In this document: one piece after another, positions 28,611 through 38,392 of the stretch | How the letters are laid out: each line of letters begins with the position of its first letter | How positions within the stretch are numbered: position 1 is the stretch's first letter | Assembly: GCA_044238365.1 (NCBI GenBank) | Contig: JBIIDM010000001.1 | Span: forward strand, 8,769-72,768 | From: Bdellovibrionota bacterium | GTDB lineage: Bacteria > Bdellovibrionota_C > UBA2361 > JBIIDM01 | Reading direction: 5' to 3' | DNA length: 64,000 nt | The notes under the pieces: model-generated | What the model was told of the DNA's origin: nothing | What the model saw: only the letters and a program-made list of their open reading frames with translations | The model's database searches: none | Made by a program: the position numbers and the translations under genes

Positions 28611-31148
28611 TCACTTAACCCCCGAATCATCAACCGGGACATCCTCAACGGCTACATCACCCTCTGGAAGCTCATCTTCCAAAACCTCAATATCCTCGTC
28701 GTCAACATCGGCCAAATGAGCAACCGCGGCAAGCTTCTCGCCTTCTTCAAGGTTCATTAGCTTCACCCCCTGAGTATTTCGTCCGATCACAGAAACGTCA
28801 GCTACTTTGAAACGTATTACCTTTCCTGACGACGTAATCATCATGGCCTCTTGGCCCTCAGCTACAACAAAAGCAGCAACCACTGACCCATTTCTGCCTG
28901 AAGTCTGAATATCAATTAACCCCTTTCCGGCCCGCGACTGCGCACGGTAATTACTCAAGGTTGTCCTCTTTCCGAAGCCGTTTTCACAGACGGTAAGCAG
29001 CGTACCTGAAGCGTCGACTTCTTTGGAAACTATGGACATGCTCACGACCTCATCGCCGTCATCGAGCTGAATTCCCTTTACCCCGCGAGCAGTTCTTCCC
29101 ATACTTCGAACATCATCCTCGGCAAAACGTATCGACATTCCGCTCTTGGTAACAAGCATCACCTCATCGGAGCCATTAGAAACTCCAACACCAATCAGAA
29201 CATCATCTTCATCTAAAGTGCTTGCGATAAGCCCGTGTTTACGCTCACGTGAAAACTCCATTAAACTGGTTTTCTTAATAACTCCGAATTTAGTAGCCAT
29301 GATTACAAAAGAACCCTCGGAGTATTCCTTTACAGGCAGGAACGCTGTCACTCGCTCATCTTCGCGCAGGTCAAGTAAGTTTATCAGTGCTCTTCCACGC
29401 GCTGTCCTTGATGATTCTGGGATTCTGTAAACGGAGAGCCAATATAATCTACCAAGCGACGTGAATATCAGTAGTTTGGTAAGATTTGAAGCAATAAAAA
29501 TATGCTCAACAAAATCATTATCTTTGGCGGACGCACCAGTAATTCCGCGCCCCCCTCTCTTCTGTGCTTTATAGACCTGCAGGGGGATTCGTTTAACAAA
29601 GCAATTATGACTTACGGTTACCGCCATGTCCTGATCTTCAATCAAGTCTTCAATGAAAATCTCCCCTTGATCGTCAATTATGTCTGTGCGTCGCTTATCC
29701 GCAAAGCGTTCTTTCATCTCCTTAAGTTCCGAGATAATTAATTCATCGATAAGAATCGACGATGCCAATAATTTCTCAAGTTCCGCTATGCCTTGCTGAA
29801 CTTCCTGGTGCTCCTTTTCTATAGCTAAGCGTTCCATCCCGGTTAATTTTTGAAGTCGCAAATCAAGGATTGCAACCGCCTGCTCAGTTGACAGTTCATA
29901 ACTCGCTATAAGCGACTCACGAGCTAATTGGGGACTATCGCTCTCCTTAATCAAGATAATCACGTCATCAATATTCATAAGAGCTATTCTAAAGCCCTCA
30001 AGGATATGCATCCGTGCTTTCAGTTGGCCGAGCAAATACTGCGACCTTCGCGTAACCACATCTCTCCGATGGTCAACAAAACAGTTAATTAACTGCTTCA
30101 GAGAAAGAACCTGTGGCTTCCCCTCGACAATCGCTAGATTAATAATCCCGAAACTGATCTGAAGCGGTGAGGACTTGAAAAGTTGATTTAGGACCACTTC
30201 TGCTGTGGCATCTTTCTTGAGTTCGACTACAATTCGTAAACCGTGTCGATCGGACTCATCTCGCAGTCGAGAAATTCCCTCAATCTCCTTGTTGTTCACA
30301 AGAAACGCTATACGTTCCACCAATCGTGACTTATTAACCTGAAAAGGTATTTCTGTTACTACTATCGCTTGTACTTCTCTTGTGGCTGTTTTAAGTGTCT
30401 CGACACTAGTACGGGCCCTTACTGATACGACCCCGCGTCCTGTAGTGAATGCGGAATATATAGCCGCTTTTCCGTGAATTATTCCACCGGTCGGAAAATC
30501 AGGCCCGGGAATGATTCGGATTAACTCATCAACTCCAATATCCGGGTTATTAACCACGGCGATAACTGCATCAATTGTTTCACCGACATTATGCGGCGGC
30601 ATATGGGTAGCCATACCCACGGCAATCCCGCTAGCCCCGTTGATCAAAAGATTGGGCACTCGCGCCGGTAAAACAGTCGGCTCAACATTAGAATCATCAA
30701 AGTTATTAATGAAATCGACTGTTTCCTTGTCAATATCTTCTAGAATAGGCTCTGCTACCGCGGCCAAGCGACACTCGGTATACCGGTATGCTGCAGCAGC
30801 ATCTCCATCAATGGCCCCGAAGTTGCCCTGACCATCGATCAACGGATAGCGCATATTCCATGGCTGTGCCAAACGAACAAGAGCATCATAAACGGGACCG
30901 TCTCCATGAGGATGAAGTCTCTTAAGCACTTCTCCAACAACCCCGGCACATTTCGAGTGTTTACGGTTGGAGAGATGTCCTTCATCGAACATGGCGTAAA
31001 GAATTCTTCTCTGTACAGGCTTAAGCCCATCCCGCACATCCGGCAGAGCTCGACCGATGATTACACTCATCGCGTAGTCCATATAGGACTGCTTCATTTC
31101 CTGCTCAATGAAGATCAATTCATCTGCGCCCAAGTTAACCGTGCTCAT
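28611..31148 (-). CDS. gyrA: DNA gyrase subunit A.
   Basis: The N-terminus is ELIFIEQEMKQSYMDYAMSVIIGRALPDVRDGLKPVQRRILYAM, with active-site Tyr context RYTE. The C-terminal beta-pinwheel repeats are present. Confidence 0.95.
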   Translation of the reverse strand: MSTVNLGADELIFIEQEMKQSYMDYAMSVIIGRALPDVRDGLKPVQRRILYAMFDEGHLSNRKHSKCAGVVGEVLKRLHPHGDGPVYDALVRLAQPWNMRYPLIDGQGNFGAIDGDAAAAYRYTECRLAAVAEPILEDIDKETVDFINNFDDSNVEPTVLPARVPNLLINGASGIAVGMATHMPPHNVGETIDAVIAVVNNPDIGVDELIRIIPGPDFPTGGIIHGKAAIYSAFTTGRGVVSVRARTSVETLKTATREVQAIVVTEIPFQVNKSRLVERIAFLVNNKEIEGISRLRDESDRHGLRIVVELKKDATAEVVLNQLFKSSPLQISFGIINLAIVEGKPQVLSLKQLINCFVDHRRDVVTRRSQYLLGQLKARMHILEGFRIALMNIDDVIILIKESDSPQLARESLIASYELSTEQAVAILDLRLQKLTGMERLAIEKEHQEVQQGIAELEKLLASSILIDELIISELKEMKERFADKRRTDIIDDQGEIFIEDLIEDQDMAVTVSHNCFVKRIPLQVYKAQKRGGRGITGASAKDNDFVEHIFIASNLTKLLIFTSLGRLYWLSVYRIPESSRTARGRALINLLDLREDERVTAFLPVKEYSEGSFVIMATKFGVIKKTSLMEFSRERKHGLIASTLDEDDVLIGVGVSNGSDEVMLVTKSGMSIRFAEDDVRSMGRTARGVKGIQLDDGDEVVSMSIVSKEVDASGTLLTVCENGFGKRTTLSNYRAQSRAGKGLIDIQTSGRNGSVVAAFVVAEGQEAMMITSSGKVIRFKVADVSVIGRNTQGVKLMNLEEGEKLAAVAHLADVDDEDIEVLEDELPEGDVAVEDVPVDDSGVK

Positions 31149-31165
31149 ACTCTCTCTCTTCCGAT

Positions 31166-32803
31166 TTAATCAATGCCTGAAACGAATCTTAACAGTGTTC
31201 TTACTCCAAACCCAACCCCACCGAAGGAAGAATCCGCATTTTGTTTATCAGCGAATGCTGGACCTGCGATGTCGAGATGAACCCAATCGGAGGTACGAAT
31301 AAACTCCTCAAGAAAAAGAGCTGCCGTAATAGCGCCCCCCCACTTTCCTCCAGAAATATTCTTTATGTCCGCAGTGTTACTCTTCAGGAGCCCTGAGTAA
31401 TCATCGTGGAGCGGGAGTTGCCAGAAATCCTCTCCACTCTCTTCCCCGCATGCCTTCATTTGCGAAATCAACTCATCGTTTCTACTAAATAAACCTGCAA
31501 CACTTGAGCCCAAGGCGACAACACAAGCCCCTGTAAGAGTTGCCACATCAATTACAGTGGTTGCTCCATCCTGTTGAGCTATTGACAGAGCATCAGCTAG
31601 AATCAGACGTCCTTCAGCGTCAGTATTGAGCACTTCCACTGTTTTACCAGAATGGGTGCGAATAATATCCCCCGGTTTATAGGAATGACCATCGACTAAA
31701 TTCTCTACTAAAGGGATATAGGCGGTGACGTTGTTTTGATTTACACGGCTATCCATTCGGCTCAATGCGTGCATAACTCCGATAACAGCGGCAGCACCCG
31801 CCATATCAAATTTCATCCATTCCAGGGAATCGGCGGGCTTTAGCGATAACCCTCCGCTGTCGTAGGTTACGCCTTTCCCAACTAATGCAACGCTCTTTCC
31901 GTTCTTTCTTGCCCCGCCAGAAGCCAGGCGCAGTTTTACCAGATACGAACCATCCGGACTGCCACTCCCCACGGCTAGTATGCTGTTTGCGCCAATTTCC
32001 TTTAACTTCTTCGTGTCAAGAACCTCGACGGACACCTTTGTGTTTTTAAAGATCTCTTTGCAAACTCTCACAATATGACTAGGAGAACAATCGCTCGGAG
32101 GAGTATTGATGAGATCCCTCGCCACGTGAACCCCTGCTACCGCCGCTGATACCTGCGCAATTCGTGACGTTACCGACGATCGAACGGCTTTTTCCGAATA
32201 ACGATCTGCTCTATCAATGTATTCAATTTCAAGCTCTACTGTTTTGGTATCTTGCTTATTGGGCGCACTTGGTAGTTTTCGAGAACCCGGCCGTCGTGCA
32301 TCCCAAGGGAATAGTACCGCTGTCTCGAACTCTCCTTTGTATTTAGAAAATTCATAATCTTCGAGCTGGGCGCCCTCTACAATTGCCAGAATTTCTCGTA
32401 AGCCCAACTCGCCTATAACTTCAAGCCGCACGCTCTTAATTCGAAGTCGTCGGCACATCCTTGTTATTGAAACCCCGAGGCGCAGGAATCGTCTCACTGA
32501 AACGCGAGTAGAAGTATCCCCTGCAATTTTAAAGAAATAAAGGTAACAACATGAAGGGTCTAGGCTAGTTAACTCCAGTTCAGAGCTCTTCGATCCCCAC
32601 CAATCCTGAAGCTTTTCATGCAACGAGTTTAACCCAGCGTTTGAAACTACGTCCGTTAAAAATCCTGCGTAACCGTCACAACTTTGCAACTGGGGACTTT
32701 CGGTAAATAGGGTCACGACACACTCGGGAACTTTACGTTCTTTCGTCTTTTTTCCAGAAGGATTACCACCTTTCTGTACTGTTGAAAGCACAAAACGAAT
32801 CAT
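31166..32803 (-). CDS. pepA: Leucyl aminopeptidase (M17 family).
   Basis: The M17 signature NTDAEGRLILADAL and VGKGVTYDSGG are both present. Confidence 0.8.
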   Translation of the reverse strand: MIRFVLSTVQKGGNPSGKKTKERKVPECVVTLFTESPQLQSCDGYAGFLTDVVSNAGLNSLHEKLQDWWGSKSSELELTSLDPSCCYLYFFKIAGDTSTRVSVRRFLRLGVSITRMCRRLRIKSVRLEVIGELGLREILAIVEGAQLEDYEFSKYKGEFETAVLFPWDARRPGSRKLPSAPNKQDTKTVELEIEYIDRADRYSEKAVRSSVTSRIAQVSAAVAGVHVARDLINTPPSDCSPSHIVRVCKEIFKNTKVSVEVLDTKKLKEIGANSILAVGSGSPDGSYLVKLRLASGGARKNGKSVALVGKGVTYDSGGLSLKPADSLEWMKFDMAGAAAVIGVMHALSRMDSRVNQNNVTAYIPLVENLVDGHSYKPGDIIRTHSGKTVEVLNTDAEGRLILADALSIAQQDGATTVIDVATLTGACVVALGSSVAGLFSRNDELISQMKACGEESGEDFWQLPLHDDYSGLLKSNTADIKNISGGKWGGAITAALFLEEFIRTSDWVHLDIAGPAFADKQNADSSFGGVGFGVRTLLRFVSGID

Positions 32804-32823
32804 AATACGGCCTACTTATAAAC

Positions 32824-33270
32824 TTAAAGTCGGGGAGCTCCTATTACGCCTGCCCCATCAATAAACACCAGATACGCTCCGAGATACCCAACAAACACTA
32901 AGACACCGATAAGGGTCAAGAATATCATCCAGTAGAGCACATTAAAACCCACTTGCATCTTTACCACGTACGGTTTCATAAACCCTAACGCTGGAAGAAG
33001 CAACGCACCGACAAGAACAACCTTACCGACCCGATGGTGAATCGCTATATCATCTTCCGGAATCAGAAATGTTTTAGACGCAAACGACGACGCCAGATAG
33101 CCGGTGAAGAAGGCGAGCACTACCATAACCGCACCGAAAATCTGAAGAATCCGGACCGCGATATGGGATTTTTCACCAATGAGCCCCTGCAAGACTTCTA
33201 TCACTAGCGCAGCTATGAACGCACACAAGGGAAATGACGCAAAAAAGGGATGATAGGCAAGGTGATTCAT
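32824..33270 (-). CDS. Small polytopic membrane protein (hypothetical).
   Basis: 148 aa with 4 predicted TM segments. Confidence 0.4.
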   Translation of the reverse strand: MNHLAYHPFFASFPLCAFIAALVIEVLQGLIGEKSHIAVRILQIFGAVMVVLAFFTGYLASSFASKTFLIPEDDIAIHHRVGKVVLVGALLLPALGFMKPYVVKMQVGFNVLYWMIFLTLIGVLVFVGYLGAYLVFIDGAGVIGAPRL

Positions 33271-33326
33271 GTGTTATAAAGTCAGTCACTAATTCTGTTT
33301 TAACTAACCCGAATTTTTCGTCCTAA

Positions 33327-33491
33327 AAAGAGCAGCCTTGCGGTTTAAAGCGGCTCCATATATTTGAAATTACAAAGAATTTAGTGATTTTTGGTGACAA
33401 TCAAATATCACCGATACGATGAGATCCAAAATCGCTAAATTCTTTGTAATTTCAGCTAGATGGGCCACTTCAAACCGCAAGGCTGCTCTTT
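33327..33491. mobile_element. Second, unrelated palindromic repeat-like element (~165 bp).
   Basis: The ends are aaagagcagccttgcggtttaaag ... ccacttcaaaccgcaaggctgctcttt, a perfect 19-bp core inverted repeat. The internal sequence ttgaaattacaaagaatttagtgatttt pairs with aaaatcgctaaattctttgtaatttcag. It lies in the divergent promoter region between the membrane protein and the Wzc-like gene. Confidence 0.75.
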
Positions 33492-33863
33492 CTAGACTCA
33501 TGGAAGGAACCACCGCCAGTAGTTACCATACTTCGTGAATTCAGATTACAAGTAAAGAGGGTAGTTACGAAACGCTCAGAATGCATCGGACCCTGACTAC
33601 CGGTCTGGATCGAACAAACCACAGAACTCGCCGATTCCCGTCAAAAAAATTAGTTAAGAAACGCTGAAAAACGCACCGTCTTGCAACACTATCCGGTAAG
33701 CGAATTTCGTAACGAAATCCAGTGATAACACGCTGATATTAATATAACTTTCGAGCCTTAAAACATACTGTTCATTTTTTTAACCCCTTATTATTGGTTA
33801 AGTTACCATAATACGGTAAAAAGTAGAGGCGTCTATATTTAAACTTTTGAGGCCACAATCAAC

Positions 33864-36167
33864 GTGTCGAACAAACATCCAATTCCATATGGCTTTACCC
33901 CTGTTCGGTCATCCGACAGTTCGGACGCCCGGTTGCATAATCAGCTTGTAATACCACCCCATAGGGGCCAACAATTTCCGGTGTACGACGACGCTCTTGA
34001 AGAAGAGAAGACCTTAGCCGATTACCTCGCTATCCTCAAAAAATACGTCAAGTTTCTGGTCGTTTCAACGCTTGTATCAGTGTTCGCCGCGGCAATATAC
34101 GTTCTAGTGACCACCCGTGAATATTCTGCGACAGCAACCCTTCAGATTGATACCTACCTTCCAACGCTTGTGGGCGTCGCTCGGGAAGACGTACTCCGTC
34201 AGCAAACATCAGAAGAAAACTATATATCAAACCAGGTTGCGGCTCTTAGAGGCTACCCTCTTGCGGATCGGGTACTCTCCAAGGAGGACGTGATGAAGGA
34301 ATTCCGGGAACTATATCCCAAAGATGCCAAAGAGGTTGTTCCTGATCCAGACTCTCCATATAAACACTCTGCATCGGATCTGGAAAAATACGTCAAGCTT
34401 TTAAGTATATACCCAATAAGCGACACCTCGCTTGTTAGAATTTCTACGATTACAAAGGCGCCCAAGTTTGCAGCACTATTGGCAAACACTCACGCAAAGG
34501 AATTCATCGAAATGACGAAAAGTTTCCGTCTGAGTGATGATGTTCATAACGTGGAGTTTCTCGGTCAACAAGCCGACGAACTTGAAAAGAAACTCCTCGC
34601 GTCAGAGCAAGGGCTATCAAGATATGCGGAGGCAAACGATATCATCGCATTTGAAAACGGAGATTCGGTCGAGGTCGGTAGACTAAACGGGGCCCATCAA
34701 GCTCATGAAGCTGCGAAAGCCCGGCGTATAGAAGTCGAAAGCAGATATAAAGAGGCTGAAAAGTCGCTCAAAACCGGTACAACGCTAGTCGACGATGCAG
34801 CAATTACCTCCATTCGCCAACAGCTATCCCAATCCCAAGCTGAGTACGCTGAACTGAGCCAGCGATTTAATCCTAGATATCCGAAAATGATAGAGATCCA
34901 GAACAAGATTAGGTCATTAAAGGGTCAGATAGAAATGCAACGGAAAGGGGCACTTCGAACACTGAAGGGTCAGCTGGATGCAGCACTGGCGACGGAGAAA
35001 GATCTGAAGACCGAACTGCAATCCCAAGAAACAAAAGCGTACAGAATTGCTAATGCACTGGTAGAATATAATCGCCTCAAGCGAGAACGAGACTCTCTAA
35101 AGGCATTGCAACAGAACGTTGAAACCCAGCTCCAACAAACCCGCTTTAGTGTAGACAATGCCAATAAAGGCAATATCTATCTGACCGAACCAGCCGTTGT
35201 TCCTGATTCTCCAAGTAAACCTAAAGTGAGCGTAACGCTCCTGTTAGCACTTATTTGCGGACCGATAGTTGGTGCTGCACTGGCGTTCTTGTACGAATCT
35301 TTCGACCAAACGCTAAAAGGTCCGGAAGAATTAGAGAAGGTCCTGCGAACTCCCGGCCTTGGAATCATTCCGCACTACACATTTGACGTTGCTGACTTAG
35401 CGGTGGGTGCCGACGATAACCTACCAGCCCTTGCTACCTTAAACCTTGTATCGATCAGGGAGCCGTTTTCATTAGCAAGCGAAGGATTTAGGACAATCAG
35501 AGCCGGAATTCGCCTATCCTCAGCTGATAAGCCGGTTGAAGTAATCGTGGTAACAAGCAGCGACCAGGGTGAAGGGAAGTCCACATTGGTTGCTAACCTA
35601 GGAGTCGTCTGTGCACAGGATGACGCTAAAACTATCCTGATTGATGCAGACCTGAGAAGGGCAACACTTCATAACTGTTTCGGAATTAGTCATGAAGAGG
35701 CTGGTTTGACCGAGATTCTTACAGGTCAAATGTCGCTTGAAGAATGTATTCAAAAAACTGCTGTAGAAAAATTGGATGTCCTTCCTGCTGGAGGCGCAGT
35801 GCCGAATCCTGCCGAGCTAGTAGGATCAAGAAAGATGAGAGACCTGATTAACTCGCTCCGCGAACAATACGATTATATTATAATCGATACGCCGCCGGTC
35901 GCCCCTGTCGCCGACTCCCTTGTTCTTTCTCCTCTTGCTGACGGTGTGATAATGGTGGTTCGCTCGAAGAAGACCATTAGAAAGGAAGCAAGGAAAACCC
36001 TCTATAAACTAAGGGAGTCCGGATCGAGAATTCTCGGAGTTGTTCTGAACGATGTTGAACCATCAAGAACCCTCATCAAAAGTGACTACCTTATAAAAAG
36101 CAAGCCCCGAGCACGATTCGGCAATCCGAACTGGGAGGAACCAGGAAAAAGCGACAAGGCAGCCTGA
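33864..36167 (+). CDS. Polysaccharide co-polymerase with C-terminal tyrosine autokinase domain (Wzc/GumC-like).
   Basis: Two TM segments flank a long coiled-coil periplasmic domain. The C-terminal Walker A VTSSDQGEGKSTLVANLG and DTPPV motif are present. The C-terminus has only two tyrosines rather than a Tyr-rich tail. Confidence 0.8.
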   Translation: MSNKHPIPYGFTPVRSSDSSDARLHNQLVIPPHRGQQFPVYDDALEEEKTLADYLAILKKYVKFLVVSTLVSVFAAAIYVLVTTREYSATATLQIDTYLPTLVGVAREDVLRQQTSEENYISNQVAALRGYPLADRVLSKEDVMKEFRELYPKDAKEVVPDPDSPYKHSASDLEKYVKLLSIYPISDTSLVRISTITKAPKFAALLANTHAKEFIEMTKSFRLSDDVHNVEFLGQQADELEKKLLASEQGLSRYAEANDIIAFENGDSVEVGRLNGAHQAHEAAKARRIEVESRYKEAEKSLKTGTTLVDDAAITSIRQQLSQSQAEYAELSQRFNPRYPKMIEIQNKIRSLKGQIEMQRKGALRTLKGQLDAALATEKDLKTELQSQETKAYRIANALVEYNRLKRERDSLKALQQNVETQLQQTRFSVDNANKGNIYLTEPAVVPDSPSKPKVSVTLLLALICGPIVGAALAFLYESFDQTLKGPEELEKVLRTPGLGIIPHYTFDVADLAVGADDNLPALATLNLVSIREPFSLASEGFRTIRAGIRLSSADKPVEVIVVTSSDQGEGKSTLVANLGVVCAQDDAKTILIDADLRRATLHNCFGISHEEAGLTEILTGQMSLEECIQKTAVEKLDVLPAGGAVPNPAELVGSRKMRDLINSLREQYDYIIIDTPPVAPVADSLVLSPLADGVIMVVRSKKTIRKEARKTLYKLRESGSRILGVVLNDVEPSRTLIKSDYLIKSKPRARFGNPNWEEPGKSDKAA

Positions 36168-36194
36168 GAAAATCCGGGCACCCCACCACCTGCT

Positions 36195-36350
36195 AACCTG
36201 AGTTCGACGTAAGAACTGCGGTTGCTAGGGTTCGCGAGGTTGGTTGATGTCGAGGCAAGAGGTACTTTCAGGAACGAGACGTGGTACTCCACGTCGCAGT
36301 GACGGAGAGTACCTCTTAACGAAGAGATCAGCCAACCTCGCGAACCCTAG
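36195..36350. repeat. Chimeric repeat element, copy C. It has an A/B-type left terminus plus a different palindromic module.
   Basis: It starts aacctgagttcgacgtaagaac (identical to the B terminus). It then continues with ctagggttcgcgaggttgg ... ccaacctcgcgaaccctag and an inner hairpin gaggtac..gacgtggtactccacgtcgcagtga..gtacctc. No right A/B terminus is present. It abuts the manC stop. Confidence 0.7.
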
Positions 36351-37790
36351 CTAAACGCGGCCGTAGACGTCAGTAAAACGGACGATATCATCCTCACCTA
36401 AGTAGCTTCCTGTCTGCACCTCAATCAGCTCGAGAGGAATCAAACCCGGATTCTTGAGATAGTGCTTGGTTCCTAAGGGGATATACGTCGAGCGGTCCTC
36501 ACCCAGCAAGATCTCCTCATCGCCCCGTCCCACTACCGCGGTGCCTTTTACAACGACCCAATGCTCAGCTCGATGGTGGTGCATCTGAATGGAGAGCTGC
36601 TGGCCCGGATGTACGGTGATTCTTTTTACCTGGAAGCGATCCTCTAGAGCTATCGTCTCATAGCTCCCCCAAGGTCGGTAGACCTTCTTATGAAACTGAT
36701 ATTCTTGGCGTCCCTGAGCCTGCAGGTGGGTTACTATCTTTTTTACCTCCTCCACTCGGTCCTTTGCAGCTATCAAAATCGCATCTGATGTCTCAACTAT
36801 CACTTGGTCGGATATGCCGAGTGCCGCAATCAAGCGTCCTTCTGAGTGGATAAAGCAACCGTGAACATCCTCTACAATTACATCACCGAGGGTTACATTG
36901 TCTGATGAATCTTTGGGTTGAATCTCCCACAGGCTTGACCACGATCCAACATCACTCCAACCAGCCTTGAGAGGAATAGTCACCGCTTTGCTCGTCTTTT
37001 CCATTACCGCGTAATCGATAGAATTCGAGGGGCTGGAATTAAAAGCATCCTCTTCAAGACGAACAAAATCCAGGTCGACCCTTCTATTTTCATAGGCAGC
37101 CTCACAAGCTTTAAGTATCGCTGGTTCAAATTGTCCAAGTTCAGATAAAAAGTTCGCTGCTCCGAATAAGAACATTCCACTATTCCAGAAGTAGTCCCCG
37201 GACTTAACGTACTCCTCCGCCACCTTTAGATTCGGCTTTTCAACAAATCGCGCTATTGGTAGCCAGGAGCCCTTTCCGGCTTCTCCCTTAACTACCTGAA
37301 TATACCCGTAACCCGTATGAGCAGCTTCCGGAACCACACCGAACGTTACCAGCTTACCGATATTAGCAGCTTCAATCCCAGACCTTACAGCCTGATGAAA
37401 AGCACCGACATCCTTGATCACATGATCAGCTGGAAGTATCAACAACAATGCCCCTGAGCCATATCTATGAATACTGTCGAGAGCGGCAACTGCTATCGCC
37501 GGTGCCGTATTCCTGGGTGAAGGCTCCAGGATAATGGTTCCTTTCCCTAAAAGACCCTTTTGCTGAAGTTCTGAAGCAACTATAAAACGATGCTCTGAAT
37601 TAGAGATTATTACCGGTGGTTGAATTTCTTCGCCAATTATATTGTTTCCCTTAACCAGCACCCGATCAATTGTTGCCCCTAAGAGGGAATCATCTCCGAT
37701 GAGTGACAAAAACTGCTTAGGAAACGCCGCCCGAGAAAGAGGCCATAAACGACTTCCCGATCCCCCGGACAAAATCACTGGAACAATCAT
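36351..37790 (-). CDS. manC: Mannose-1-phosphate guanylyltransferase / mannose-6-phosphate isomerase (bifunctional).
   Basis: The N-terminal segment is PVILSGGSGSRLWPLSR. A C-terminal cupin domain is present (HHRAEHWVVVKGTA). Confidence 0.85.
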   Translation of the reverse strand: MIVPVILSGGSGSRLWPLSRAAFPKQFLSLIGDDSLLGATIDRVLVKGNNIIGEEIQPPVIISNSEHRFIVASELQQKGLLGKGTIILEPSPRNTAPAIAVAALDSIHRYGSGALLLILPADHVIKDVGAFHQAVRSGIEAANIGKLVTFGVVPEAAHTGYGYIQVVKGEAGKGSWLPIARFVEKPNLKVAEEYVKSGDYFWNSGMFLFGAANFLSELGQFEPAILKACEAAYENRRVDLDFVRLEEDAFNSSPSNSIDYAVMEKTSKAVTIPLKAGWSDVGSWSSLWEIQPKDSSDNVTLGDVIVEDVHGCFIHSEGRLIAALGISDQVIVETSDAILIAAKDRVEEVKKIVTHLQAQGRQEYQFHKKVYRPWGSYETIALEDRFQVKRITVHPGQQLSIQMHHHRAEHWVVVKGTAVVGRGDEEILLGEDRSTYIPLGTKHYLKNPGLIPLELIEVQTGSYLGEDDIVRFTDVYGRV

Positions 37791-38392
37791 TCGAACTTCC
37801 TTGTAAATATTAAACGCTGGTAGCTACGGCCTCATATTACGCAGTAACGGTGTAAAAATTATGACTTTACTGAGTAGTCAATATAATCCTATCTCTTTTT
37901 TAAAAGCAACAAATTGATATAAGGGCATGGTCCAGGAAAGAGGGACCCGGATACAGAGGTGCTTAACTTTGAGGGTGGTAAAATCTGAAATTTGGCACGG
38001 CCGCTTGAATTAAAATAGATCGGCTGGGGGCTTCGGACCTCGTGAATCAACCCTACCGTGCGGCAAAAACAAACCGAATCAAATTTGTTCCTAAAAAAAA
38101 GCACGCAGCGCTTATCTGATGAAACCGTAACACAGTATATGCATTTCGTCGTCCCCGTCTCAAAAACAAAAGACCCGAAATGGTCCAAACAACTACAGTG
38201 CCCAAAATTAAATTAAGGACTCGAAATAGTGCGCCTGAAATAAGAACGTCAGGCACTATTGCCAATGAAAGAATTCCTACCACGCCCTCTGCGCAAAAGC
38301 TAAAAATACCGCGATTCACATATGAATTCGGTCACCCCCCCTTTTACGTCTCTAAAATTCTGCACATCCCCTTCAGCAAAACACTATCACAC

